Shown here piece by piece: positions 25,963 to 39,209 of a stretch of DNA of 64,000 bases. This stretch comes from Geosiphon pyriformis uo1 (taxonomy: Eukaryota > Fungi > Glomeromycota). The translations under genes were made by a program, and so were the position numbers. Position 1 is the stretch's first letter, and each line of letters begins with the position of its first letter. The DNA lies in assembly GCA_016748015.1 (NCBI GenBank), contig JAAOMT010000436.1, positions 52,703 through 116,702 of the forward strand. Direction: 5' to 3'. The notes beneath the pieces are model-generated. The model did no database searches. It was not told where the DNA came from and saw only the letters and a program-made list of their open reading frames with translations.

Positions 25963-28900
25963 TTAATCTTGCCTCATTCTTGAAAGACAATTAACATTGG
26001 TGTGAAGTTTTCCTGGTTTGTAATGTACAATGTATTAGTAGTTGGCTAAAAATCTTGTCTATTGGGTTTGTTTGGCATTCAGCTGAGTGTTTTTGTTTTG
26101 AAGCCATTTGAGTCCAATATTATCAGTGATAATATCAAATTCTTTAGGCCTAAAATAAAGATTGAAGTGATATAAGGCCCAAATTACGGCTGCTGTTTCT
26201 AGTTCTGTGGCAAAGTAGTTTTTTTCAACTGGTTTTAATGTTCTATTAGCATAAGCAATTACTTGCTCATTTTTGTTGTCATCTAATTGTGATAAAATGG
26301 CACCAAAGGCAGTGTAAGAAGTGTTTGTAGCTAGTCAAAATCAGTTATTGAAGTCTGGGTAGGTGAGAATTGGAGCTGTTGTCAGCTTTTTCTTGAGAAT
26401 TTCAAAAGCTTTTTGGTGTTCTTCCATCCATTTGTATTCGACGTTTTTAGTAGTGAGCTGGTTAAGGGGTTTTGCAATTTCTGAGAATTTTTTAATAAAT
26501 TTTCAGTAATAAGATGCTAATCCAATAAATCCTCTTAATTCTGTGGTATTTTGTGGAGTCTTGAAGTTTTTGACAATGCTGATTTTTCCAGGGTCTGGTT
26601 TAATTCCATCTTTGCTAACAATGTGACCAAGAAAGGCCAAACTCATTTTTCTGAAGTAGTATTTTTTGATGTTCAGTTTCAATCCTGCTTTCTGTAATCA
26701 TTGAAAAACTTTGCACAGGTGTTTTAAGTGTAATTCAAAAGATGATGAATAAACATTAGTATCATCAAGATAGACAACTACTGATTTCCAAAGGAGGCCT
26801 TTGTAAACAATGTTCATAAGTCTTTAGAATGTTGCTGGTGTATTGCATAATCCGAAAGACATTACGTTAAACTCGTAGTTTCCTTCTTGAGTAGTGAATG
26901 CTGTTTTGGGGCAATCTTTGGGATCCATGGCAACTTGCCAGTATTCACTCTCTAAATCTAATGTTGAAAAGTATTTGGACTTTTCAAAAGCATCTAGCAT
27001 GTCATCAATTCAGGGAAGAGGGTAAGCATCTCCAATGGTGACACTATTGAGTTGTCAATAATCAACACAAAATCATATCTTTCCATTTTTTTTTTTAACT
27101 AAGACCACAGGTGAAGCCCATGGATTCATTGATGGTTGAATAAGCCCATTGTTGAGCATCCGTTGTACTTCTTCGTGAATAAATTGGTGACTTTCTAGAG
27201 CAACTTGGTAGACTTGCTGTTGCTTTGGTTTGGTATCTTCTGTATAGATTTGGTGTTGAACCAAATTGGTTCTTCCTAAGTCATTGTTATTTTTGGCAAA
27301 GATATCAGCAAATTCTGCAATTAGCTCTTTGAGCTGGCTCTGTTGTTGTGGTTCAAGTTGTCCCATGTTGATTTGAGATAGTTTTTTCATAACAACATGG
27401 TAGTTTTCAGAGCTGGAGTTTGGGTTGATTTTTGGTAGTCAATGTCCAATAATTTCAGAGAAATCAGAAACTGTTTGGGGTAATTTTTGTTGAAAGATAT
27501 TATTGTGAATAACTCCAATTTCTAAGTTATTTAATAAAACTATGAGATAATTGTTGGGATTGTAAAAAGTAACTTGAACTTTCTTTGTTTCTTCTGGAAT
27601 ATAAATGTTTGGGATCAAGATATTATGTTCCAAGCAGACTTGTTTATTGGACTCAAAAATTTGTCATGTGGTTGTTGGCTTTTCACAAGTGTAAATTTCA
27701 GGGTGTTCTTCAAAAGGTGAAATAGTAATTGGTTGTGGAAGTTGTAAAATCTGGTAAGATTCACTTTGTTCATTAAGAGCTATGTTTACTGGAACTGTGA
27801 ATCATCCAGTTAAACCAAAACCATTGGTTCCTTTTTCACTTTTTCCCAATTGTTCTCTTTGATTGACTAATTGTAAACCCGAAATGTTGATTAAGGGTAA
27901 ATAAATAGCTTGAGTAATTTTTTCAGCATGTTCAATCTAAAAAAGTTTATCAGTTTTATTTTGTAATATGATTGTAATGTCTCCTGTATATCCAGCATCT
28001 ATGATTCCTCCTCTAACATTGATTCCTTTGCTTGCCAATAATGATTGTGAAGTGATTTGGACCATTGCTCCTGGTGGGATTTCAAGAGCAATTTTGAGAT
28101 TGATTTTGGTAAGAGAATTTGGTTGAAAAACCAAAGTGTTTTTTCCTGGATATCGTAGATTGTATCCAGCATCAATTTCATGTGCTTTTTCCAGTTTTAT
28201 TTCTTGTCCATTGTTGTTGAAGTATTTGAGTTGTGAAGCAGACTGATTTTTAATGAGATAGATGGGTGTTGTTTCAATTTTGTATTCATTACTTTTGCTG
28301 GGCAATGGAATGCTAAGAGCATAGCATTTAGAACACTATTGTTCGTCACATGGCATTATACACTCCTCACATAATTTAATGTTCATTTGCTCTAATCATT
28401 GAATTTGAGCTTCTTGGGTTGGGTAGGTGTGACTTGTAATTTGGTAATATACTTCTACTTCCTCTTCATAATTGAATTCAGCTAATTCCATAGTGTATTC
28501 AATGTATTCTGCTTCTTTCATTTGATGAACATCTTCTTTGGTAGCTTCATTAACTAATGCCATTGCTAGGTCAAAAATCATCTCAGCATCATGGAAATAG
28601 TGATAAAGTTTGTTGAAAGCATCATTGTATGCTGCATCAAAAGGTGTTTCTCTTTTGACTTTTTCTGAAATTGATAAAGCATATTGGCAGGTTTAATCAC
28701 AAACTCCTCCTCTCATTGCTACATCAATCCAATTGCATTCTTCTGGTAGCATATCTCCACAAGTCAAACAAGGGATGTTGTTCCATTTTTCGTTTTTTTT
28801 TATTAGATGGCCCCATTATTTTCTGTGGCAAGCCTTGCAGTAATAACAAGTATGATTTTCATATTTTTTTTCAGGTGAAATGCAGACTCTCATTGAAGAG

Positions 28901-31562
28901 AGTTTCTTGTGGCAGTCCTTGCATTTGAGTGGAATGTAAGGGTGTCATTTCTTTGGTTCTGGTTTAGAATATGGGATGTTCTATTCAGAGGTTTCTGGTT
29001 CCTCTGAATATGAGTTTGTTGCAAAATATGTTTGCTCAGTTTCTTCAGCCCAGTTAGATGTTGATTCAAGTGCCATAAATGTTTTGACTACAGGCTTTTC
29101 TTTTTCTTCTTTAAATTCAAAAACAGAGGTTTTTTCTGATTGTTTGTTGAATGTACCACAAGTAATGGGTACTCGGACATGTTGTCCTTGATAGAAGAGT
29201 TGTAATTCTTGGGTTTCCCAGCTTAATTTTGCATTGGCTTTTTGAAGCCAATCATTTCCGACAAGGGCTTGATACTGGGGTGCGTCTATTATAAGAACTT
29301 TGACTGGAATGGTGATTTCATCAAGAGTGAATAGAAAATTGTCAATTTCTCTTACTGGAGTCTTTTTCATGTCATCAGCAGTAACAATTACTGTTTGAGC
29401 TGATCGGTCAACATTTCTCTTTAACTGTTGCATTAACTGGTAGGTAATGATGCTTCCGGCAGATCCACTGTTTAGGATCAAGTGAATTGCCTTTCCTTTG
29501 ACTTCTGCTTCAGTGTACATAGCAGTGATTGCTTTTTGTTTGTTGGCGGCTGCATTGCTAAGCAGGAATGATGACTCATTTGCTTTGAACTCAAAAGGGA
29601 ATATATCTGAAAGGTTGGCATTTTCAGCAATTCTGGCTGGTGGGATTGTGATAGGAATATAGGAAGGATTTGTTGTCGTGCTACAGCTCTACCTTCTGAG
29701 AGTGCAGTATGGTAAAAATCCTGTTCTTCAGGTATTGTAAGATAGTTAGGTTGAGTATAATAATGAGTGGGTTTTGGCTAAGCTGGATTTCAGGGAACTA
29801 ATTGGTTATTTGGGTTGATTCTGTTGTTGTTTGTTGCGAATTAGTTTTGTGGTGCAAATTGGTTTTGTTGAACCAATCTTTGAGCAAGTACTTGGTAATG
29901 TTGAATGGGTTGTCAATACTGTTGTTGCATTGGCTGTGAAGCAGGTTGATAGTAGTCAGTTTGATATTGCAGTCTTGGTGGATAGTAAGCTGATGATAGT
30001 GGTAGTTGATAATAAAATTGTTGTGGTGAAGGGTAATGTTGATTACTCTTGTTTTGTTGGTCTTGTTGTAGCTTTCTACAATCTCTTTTCCAGTGGCCAG
30101 GGATTTCACAGTAATGGCAATTCTGAGGCTGGTTATTAGAGGATGATACAAAATTGTTTTGATTCTGTCTTTGGGGTGGTTAATATCTTTGGAGTTGCTG
30201 TTGTTGTTGGTTGGTGAAATAGTTTTCGACTTTCTTTGTGAGTTGGTTAATTTTCTCTTTAGCTGCTGAGCTGGTCTCTCCAATGGCTAAGTTCACAAGT
30301 TTTGTATAATTGGCTTCTTCCATGGCCATTTCATATCTCTTTGCATGCTGAATGGCAGAGTTTAAATCTTCTGGGGCATGTGGACAAACCTTTTTAATCA
30401 GTTTATTCTTTAAACCAATGATAAATTGATCCAAAATTTGAGCATTGGAATAATAATCATTAGTTTCAAGTTGGTAAATTTGTCTGAGAAGTTTGTTGAA
30501 TTTCCCAATATAAGTCATGACAGATTCGGAGAGTTCTTGTTTGATATTGCAAAAATGATTTTGAAGTGTGATTGAGGTGTTGTTATTGGTGAATTGTTCT
30601 AAGAAGGCAGTTTTGAAAGCTGTCCAGTCATTAAAAGGGGTGGTCAAGTTTTCGAACCATTCGCCTGCTATTCCTTTGAGAAAGTAGAGAATTGTTTTTA
30701 ACATTCTGGCAGCATTCTATCTATTTGTATCTCCAGCTTTAGTAACTTGGTCGAGCCATTCTTGGAGACTGGTCTTAATATCTTCTCCATTAAATTCAGG
30801 GATTTTTGCAATGTATGCTGTTATTTTGTCTTCTTCATTTTCACTGTTTATTGATTCTTCTTCAGATATTTCAGAGTCGTTTTCTTTATTCGCTCTTGTC
30901 TCAGAGTGTTCACTTTGATTTTCAGCTAGAAAATCAAGGAGATTGGAACTAGTTTAAAGGGGTTCTTGTTGTCTGGTGGGACTTCTGGGTGATGTAAAAT
31001 CTTCTAGTCTTGCAAATCAATTTAAGAGTAAATTAGGTGTTTGTGTTTGTGCTTGTGCAAGTAAAGCTGGAAAAGGTGTGATAGTAAGTAGAAGTTTTGA
31101 ACTGGTTCCTTGTTCAGGTGTTTGTAAGTGTTTGGCAGTTGTTTTTGGTAGTATTGAAGTATTTGGGGTGGTTTTTGAGTATTGCTTCAATTTTTGTTTG
31201 TCTTTGTTGCTTGTTTCTGTCTCTGATTCAAAATCAATAGAGTATTGAAACTGCACTGGATATGTTTCTTTACAGTACTTGATAATGTTAAAATTAAGTT
31301 CTTGAAAGTAAGTGGCAAGTGTTTCACTGTTAAGGTCTTCAGTTTCCAACTGTGAATAGTGTACTAAATTATTGTAAAGATTGCTTCTAACTTCTGAGAT
31401 ATTGTAATTTCCAAAAAAATAATTGTTGATGCAGTTTTTAATATATTGGTATACTGATTTCTTGACAACTTCAATTCCGTCTAGAATGTTGAATCTTTGT
31501 TTGCAGTGGGTGTAAATTGACTGGTAATACTCTAGAGTTGTTGCATCTAGTATGGTCACCAC
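25963..31562 (-). pseudogene. gag-pol: Polyprotein of B (N-domain, Gag, CCHC, PR, Cys-rich, dUTPase, RT, RH)
   Basis: CHYCEIPGHWKRDC, LILNSGSAGS, GGIIDAGYTGD, PWASPVVLV, VYLDD; ends CLSRMRQD*. Confidence 0.92.
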
Positions 31563-31607
31563 TTTGAAGTTGTTTTTGCTGTGTTGTTTCTGTGGGAGAG
31601 CACCAAA

Positions 31608-32589
31608 TGTTACTGGAGGTTTTTGGTCTCTTTTTAGCTCTTGTATGTTTGTTGTAATGCTGTTAATTCACAATTATGGGAAGTGTTTAAACCTCCGATA
31701 ACTGAATTTATCTTCAAATTATCTCCTATAATTTGAACTGCTGGGCTTATAAGTGGAATGGCCAATTCTATGCCAGTTGCTTTGTATAGTTACATTGTAG
31801 TAAACATCAACTCTTTCCCAGGAATTGCTCATCTGGAAGCTCACTAAAATGTGTAGTTACTTTGCTGTGAAAGTCAACTCTTCTACAGGAATCTTGTCTG
31901 TAGACTACCCTAATGATTATAATAAGAAAATAAAAGAAAGAAAATAAAAAAAATGTAAAAGAAATAGAATTCTGTCAAGGGAAACGTTTTCTATCCAGGC
32001 CTGGAGTCACTAACAGTTTACTGAAATTGGTAGCTAATTAATTTTAAAACATTAGTTGGGTTTTGAGGATTTTCCAAGTGCAATAATTAAAGAATTTGGT
32101 TTTTCAAATTATTTAATATTTATTTCTTTTTGTGTGTATAGGAACAGTTCTAAGAGGTAAATCTAAAAGTAAGATACATTTTCTTGAAGAGAAAAGCTCT
32201 TTTTTTATACAACTTGTTGTAACACTATTTTATGAACTTGAACTTTACTCTTTTCTACAATTTTGCCGAACTAAAGATACATTTCAGTGAACTACAAGTT
32301 ATTTCTGCAAACTATTAGATATTTTGGTGAACTATCAATTATTTCGGCAAATTTCTACAAATTTTGGCGAACTTTTGAATATTACATATTTCAGGGTATT
32401 GCATGATTGATCATCGTACTTAGGTTACAATTGTGTTATGTACAAATTGGGTTATTAATTAAATTATAATTTCGGACATTTTACTAATGTAATAAGTGAT
32501 AATTTGAAATGATAATATATGCTAATTAATGATAAAATTTATAAAGATAATTTCATGTCAAACAATATCTCTTATTTTGTCTGGTAACA
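31608..32589 (-). repeat. 5' LTR of B
   Basis: TGTTAC...GTAACA termini; adjacent PBS. Confidence 0.95.
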
Positions 32590-35500
32590 TCAGCATTGGA
32601 AAGTTCCTTACTATCTCTATTTTCTCTGGATCTGTTTTGATGCCATCTTTGCTGACTATATGTCCCAAGAATTTTAGTTCTGTCTTGCCAAAGAAGTACT
32701 TTGTTGCATTTAACTTTAATCCTGCTCTTCTTAGTCTTTCGAACACTTATTGAAAATGATGAAAATGATCATTAAATGTTTTTGAGAATACATTGGTGTT
32801 GTCCAGGTATACAACTACTGATTTCCACAATAAGCCAGTATAAATGATTTCCATTAGCCATTGGAAAGTGGCTGGTGCATTGGTTAAGCCAAATGGCATA
32901 ACTTCAAACTCAAAGTTTCCCACTCTTGTGGTGAATGCCATTTTTTCTTTGTCGGCTGGATCTATGGCTACTTGCCAGTAACCACTATCTAAGTCTAACA
33001 TTGAGAACTATTTGTTTTCACCAAAAGCATTGAATAGTTCTTGTATCTATAGAGTTAAATAGCTGTCTCCACAAGTTACACTATTTAGTTTTCTATAGTC
33101 TACACAAAATCGGATTTTTCCATTCTTCTTATGGACAAGTACTACTGATAACAACCATGGACTCATTGATAGCCAAATTAACCCATTGTCAAGCATTCGG
33201 TTGATCTCTTGATGAATAATTTCATGGCTGGCTGGTAGTACTCTGTATGCTTGCTGTTTGATTAGCATTGCATCTCTGGTCTTGATTTGATATTAGATGA
33301 TATCAGTTCTGCCAAATTCGTTTTTGCTGACAAAGATGTCATTGAAATTGTTGAGTAATATCTTGAGCTGCATACATTGTAGTGGGTTTAGATTTCTCAT
33401 GTTCATTTGTTCTAATTGTTTTGGTTGAAGCAAATAACATTTGTTTTGTTCATAGATTGTTTATGATATGATGTCGACATATCCACAAAGTTGTGGAAAG
33501 TCTGGAATGAGGTTTGGTAGTTGATCTTCTATTTCAGTGTTTAAGTATCTAATGGTGGTTTTGGCTGGTATCACTATAATATTTCCTGTGTTGTTGTAGA
33601 TGGGAATTTTGAAGTGGCTGTAATCTTTGGCTGGTATGTCGAAATTGATGAGTCCAATCTCTCCTGATTTGCAAAATGTTGGTTTTGCTTCAAAAATTTG
33701 ATTCTGTTCTTTTTCCTTCCTTTCTATTGCTAGTATGTACTGGCTATATGGTGGAATGGAAATAGCTTGACCAGTTGAGATAATTTCTCCTTGGCTAACA
33801 ATTTCTTCCTCTGTCATATTAACTGGTATATCTATTCTACCTGTTGATCCAAATTCTTGTATCCCTCTTGCTGTTATCCCTAATTCCTCCCTTGTTCCCA
33901 CTGATACTAAGCTAGCTACTTTGACTAGTGGCAGGAATATTGTCTGTACTATCTTTTCATTTGGCTCAATGGTATAGGTTTTTTCTGAATCATTTTGTAA
34001 CATAGTACTGATATTTTCTGTATATCTTGCATCCACTATTCCCTCTTTAATGTTAATTCCTTTTTTTGCTAAGCTACTCCTAGATGCTAGTAGAATTATA
34101 GTTGTTGCTGGGATCTCTAAAGCTATTCTTAGATCAATGTATACTCTCGCATTTGGTTCTAATTTGATGGCATCTTTTCTTGGATATCTCAGATTAAACC
34201 TGGCATCAGTATCATGCATGCATTCTGGTATAATATCTTCCCCATTATCACTAAACTATTTCAGTTTTTGTTCCTTGGTGAGGTCAGGGAGTGCAATATA
34301 TTGTTTGTAGTTGAAGTTGGAGTTTAAATTTGAGTTGGAATTGTTGTTGTTGTTAATGCCATGTTGAATAGAGCTGGAACCAGTGTTTTCATCATTGTCC
34401 TTGTTGAAGTTTGAATCAGAATTGAAAATTGATTCTGATTTCAATGTGCAGCTGCTGATTGGTTCTTCTTTTTTGGGGATCGTGTAGATCATGTATATTG
34501 GTGGATTGTAAATGAGGTCACAATCGTCACAATATTCAAAGTCACTGGGAATTAAACAATGGCAACACAGTCTTGTATTCAACTGTGCTAGCCATTGTTC
34601 TTGCTTCTCTCTAGTGGGTGCCAAGTTTTGGTAGTGTTCATGGAACTCTTCTGGTTCCAGGAAATTTATGATTGGCTCTGCATCTCAGTCAAGTTCGATG
34701 GGTTCTGGTAGGTTGTTTTTGATTTCTCTAATCTTTTCAGGTGTTGCTCTTTCTATTTTGGCAATTGCTATTCTCCAAATTTTGTTGTTGTCATGTGGAC
34801 AACTGTCCAGTCGCTGTACAGCTCTTCTTCAGACAGCTTTTATTGGTGTCTCTTTCTTGACCCAGTCGTTGATAAGGATCATGTATTAACAAAAAACGTT
34901 GCACATTCCTCCTCTCTCCAGAATGTCATTCCACATTCCTTCATTGAGGAGAGTTTTTCCACAGGCTAGACATAGTGTATTATCTCATTTTCCCACTCAT
35001 TTTGGTCTTCCAAAACATTTGACGTGGCATGTGCAGTAATAGAACTTGGTTGCCATCTGATATTCTTTGTCGTCACCACAGCATGCACCCATTAATGACA
35101 ATTTTTTGTTGCAATCAATGCATATTAGTTTGGGTCAGCAATAGGTCGATGATTGTTGTTGACCGTAGGTGTATAGGATATAAGTGTTGTTGGCTTGAGT
35201 GTTTTTTTTCTCCCTCTTTTTCCCTTTTCTCTTTTCTTCTTTTCACTCCCAACTCAATGGTTCTTTCTGTTTGTTGTCAGTCCAGGTCAAATCATCTGTC
35301 TCCCAGGTCAGTTCCTCTTTTTGCTTTCTCTTGGGGTTGTCATTTCACGAAAGTATCAGTGGTAGTTCATTGTGGTCAGTGTTGGCTCACAATACTTGGT
35401 ATGCCTTCCAAGTAGGCTTTGGTTTTTCCTCCTCTAAATTGATGAGTGGCATTGATGATGTAACATTGTTAGGTTTAAAATGGCCACACGTGGCTGGTAC

Positions 35501-38206
35501 TCACGTGTATTGGCTGTTTTGGCTAAGTTGGAGTTTTTGTGTGTTCCAGTTGAGCATTGCATTGGTTTTGGACAATCAGTCATTGCCAATGAGAGCTTGG
35601 TACTGGGTTGCTTTCATTACTAATACCTTGATTGGTACAGTGATGCCGTTGATTTCAATGGATAGATTGTCAATCTTGCCAATGGGAGTTTTGGTTGCTC
35701 TATTGGCTATTATGATTCTGGCACTGACAACATGATCAACTCAGCAACCTAATTGGTCCATAAGTTGTCATGTGATAATGCTGTCTGCTGATCCACTATC
35801 AAGAATGAACTTGATAGAATGGCCATCAATTTTGGCATTGGTGTACATTGCTGTAATGGGTTTTTTCTTAATAGCAGTTCTGCTGAACAAAGAAACTCCT
35901 GATAGTTCCTCAATTTTAAATGAGAATATGGCTGCGAGTGACTCATCTTCTGTGATGATAGTTGGTAGGATATTGCTGGTGAGTGTTAATTGTTGGTTGG
36001 ATCCCGAATTGGTGTTGGTGACATCTTCTGGGGTAACCAGAAGACTTAAATAGTTCTGGAAATTCAGGTTTTGGGTGGTACTAGTACCCAAATTCCGAGA
36101 ATGCAATCCTGATGGTAAGTTAAAAGAACTGGGGATCAGTTGGTGAACAACCATTGCTGATCTCCAGTTTTGTGTGATTCTAGGTCTGGGATGGCCTGAT
36201 GTCATATTAACTGAATTTTGGGATGGTGTCTGAATTGATTGGGGTTGATAAATTATTTGGGGTTGTGGCTAATAGATTATTGGTGGCTGCAGTTAATAAA
36301 TTTAAGGTTGATATACTAATGGTTGATAGATTGGTGGCTGTATTGTTGGCAGGTAAGTAGTTTGATCTTGATTTGGAGAATGATTCAGAGTTTGAAATCT
36401 GCAATCAAGGTTTTGATATTGATTTCCTGATTGTGAATTGTTGCTATAAAATCTGCAGTCTGCTCTTATGTGTCCTTGTTTACCACAGTTGTGGCAAACA
36501 TGCATTTCTGGCTGCCATGACTGATTAGGTACTGCTAATGATGATGATGGATGTGACTGATTTTGGAAATGATTTGTGTTTCCAGGATTATTGCATTGTT
36601 GTGGTGGTTGATAAATTGCTCGATTGTCAGCTAAGTATCCCTTTAATTTCTGATTAATTGAATCACTGAATTGTTTCAATTTGGAATCCAATTCAGATAA
36701 TCCATTCATTACTAGGTTCATGGCATGAACGTGATTGGCTTCTAATTCGGCAGATTTAAAATCTCTGGTGTGTGTGACTGCGTCCTGGAAAGTGGCTAGA
36801 TGCAATGAGTGTACATATTACAGGATGCTACTGCACAGGCCATGGATAAATTGATTGAGAATTTGTGGTGCTGTAAAATAATTAGCATCAATTGCTTGGA
36901 TTTGTCACAGATTTCTATGAAAGTGTCCTAGATATGTGAAAACTGCTTTAGTTTTTCCTTGTTTAATTGTAGTGAAAGTGTTGGCTAATCTGTTGATGCT
37001 ATTGTTATTGCTAAAGTATTTCAAAAATTCTAATTTGAAGGTGTTAAAATCTTGGGGTTTGTCAACCAGGCTTTGATACCATGAATTTACTGTATTCTTG
37101 AGAAAATAAGATATGGCTTGCATGGCTCTGGTGTCATTCCATCCATTGGCTGTAATGGCTTTTTTTACATTGTTCAGCCAAACTTGTGCATCATCCTTTT
37201 TACCAGTGAATTTGTCGAGCTTTGCGATTGGTGCGTACGCCATTTGTTGTTGTTGCTGTGATGGAAGTTGTTGTTGTTGTTGAGGTGGTACTGGAGGTGG
37301 TTGTTGAGTTTGTTGATTTGGTATTTGGATGGGCTGACCAATTGGTTCAACTGGTGGTTGATCGATGACAATAACTGAAGATAAGTGTTGATTAATTACT
37401 TTGGGGTTTTGATTTTGCAGTGCTTAAATATTCGGAGTTTTGATTTCCGGATTTTCTCGCTGAGTTTGAACATTCGGGGTTCCAAATTCCGGGTTTTCAA
37501 AGATTGGGTTTTGGTAAGTAAATTTTTGATCTTCTGATTCTTTTTCCTCTTCTTCTTCAGATAGTTCTCATGAGGTAGTGGTTCCAAAGTCCCGTTGAGG
37601 CGGCAATGATCGAATTTCTGATGGTGTTGGTAATCATGACTTAAATCCTTCAAAATATTTGCTGTATGGTCCTAGTAGATCTGTTTTTCTTTGTTTACTT
37701 TGGAATAAGAATTGTCTGAATGTTAATATTGCGTTTGATGTGGGTGCACTTGATAATGTTATATTGATGGCGCTTCTCAGTATGTAGTGATAGGATGGAA
37801 CAGTTGGTAATTCAACTCTTGTTTTCTTTTAAGTGAGTGGTTGTATTCTTTTGGGTATTACCACTGGTGTTTGTAGTTTTCCTTTGCCTTTACTGGCATA
37901 AGTAATTGGATATTTTTGTTGGGTGTGATGTTTAATTTTTTTGTTGATCTCAGTAATGATGGAGGCAAAATTGTGATTTGTTGGCAGGTTGGTATTTTGA
38001 ATTAATTCTTTGTAGAAAGTTTCCCTGGCTGATTCAGTATTCACTGGTGTTCCTAACAAAGAGGAAATTTTTTTATTGACATAGAAATTAAAGGCTGATT
38101 CAGCGGATATATGATTGTGGTTTAATCCCAAGTGTTGACAATAGTGTTGAAATAGGAATTTCGTGAATCCTAAATGGTTTGCTCCTATGTTTTCTGATTC
38201 TATTAC
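32590..38206 (-). pseudogene. gag-pol: Polyprotein of D (N-domain to RT)
   Basis: MAYAPIAKLDKF, CHNCGKQGHIRADC, FILDSGS, dUTPase motifs, [12 protein letters not shown]. Confidence 0.92.
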
Positions 38207-38250
38207 TTTTGGATAGTGTTTGTTGGTGCTGATTCTTTGTAAGATTATAC

Positions 38251-38266
38251 CTCACAGGGAGCACCA
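38251..38266 (-). promoter_or_regulatory. PBS of D
   Basis: TGGTGCTCCCTGTGAG, 2 nt inside the 5' LTR. Confidence 0.9.
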
Positions 38267-38268
38267 AA

Positions 38269-39107
38269 TGTTACAGGTAACAATTTCTGTTGTTGAATTA
38301 AATACAAACTCATAACTTGGTGCTCAAAGCTATTCTCATTGTTGATAATCTGAAGATTTGGTATCTGAAGGTTTTGTATCTGAAGGATTTGGTTGAGTTC
38401 TTTGTATAATGAACAGAGATTCAATGGTGATAGTTTTATCTGTAGCTTCCTGAAACCGCAGTTTCATCAATTTCTTTTTCAGCTTGATAGCCAGTATTCC
38501 TTCTGGTAAGCTATTCTCAATCGAGTGTTCTATTCTTATTTCTGGGTCTTTTACCAGTCACGTTTATCCTGACGTTAGTGCTTCATGCGTTAATCCTCAA
38601 TAGAGTTAGTAAACAACAATAAAATCAAAGCAAAAAAATAAAGAAAAAAAAATAAAATAAAGAAAGAAAAGAAATAAGCTAAGGCGATTTACAAGTTAGT
38701 ATTCTGTCAATAGCCATGATTAAAAGCTATTGTTCCAGTATGGTTAAGTATCAATTACTATTAACATGAAGTGTTGATAGTGGAAATGGATTTGAGATAA
38801 CAAATAGTTATTTATTAGATGCTTGTGATTTGGAGCATTGCTTAGATTAAATCTAAACTAAGAGGTCTGTCTTTTTAGTTTCTAATCCTGCTGCTATATA
38901 TACATAATTGAAATTCCTCAATTCCTTGATTCTTCATAACAAGAATCTTAGAATTTCTGGAATCCTGTGATTGCTTTAAGAGAAATCCTGGAATTCTGGA
39001 ATCCTACGATTCCTTGTCGGGGAATCTTGGAATTCCATATTTACTATGCCTACTTCTTATTGGCTAATAATCATGCTAATATATTTCCTATATTTCTATA
39101 AATAACA
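38269..39107 (-). repeat. 5' LTR of D (839 bp)
   Basis: TGTTACA...ATAACA termini. Confidence 0.93.
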
Positions 39108-39209
39108 ATGGAAATGCCGACAGTTTATCGTGAATAAGACAAATCTAAGAACATTTCAACCCAAAAATATAACAAAACCAAAACAATACTCACAAAAATA
39201 TAACAAAAA

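Larger units (their letters stand above)
22772..32589 (-). mobile_element. Ty3/gypsy element B (divergent family), full length, nested in the RT of D
   Basis: 982-bp LTRs at 22772-23753 and 31608-32589. PBS TGGTGCTCTCCCACA at 31591-31605, PPT GAGGAGGAGG at ~23754-23766. Degenerate 4-bp TSD TTGA/TCAG; excision restores the host frame. Confidence 0.95.
19164..39107 (-). mobile_element. Ty3/gypsy element D, full length, inserted at the RNase H end of A and interrupted by B
   Basis: LTRs 19164-20040 and 38269-39107, 4-bp TSD ATGA/ATGG. Excision restores the host KNNGNADSLS frame. Confidence 0.95.
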
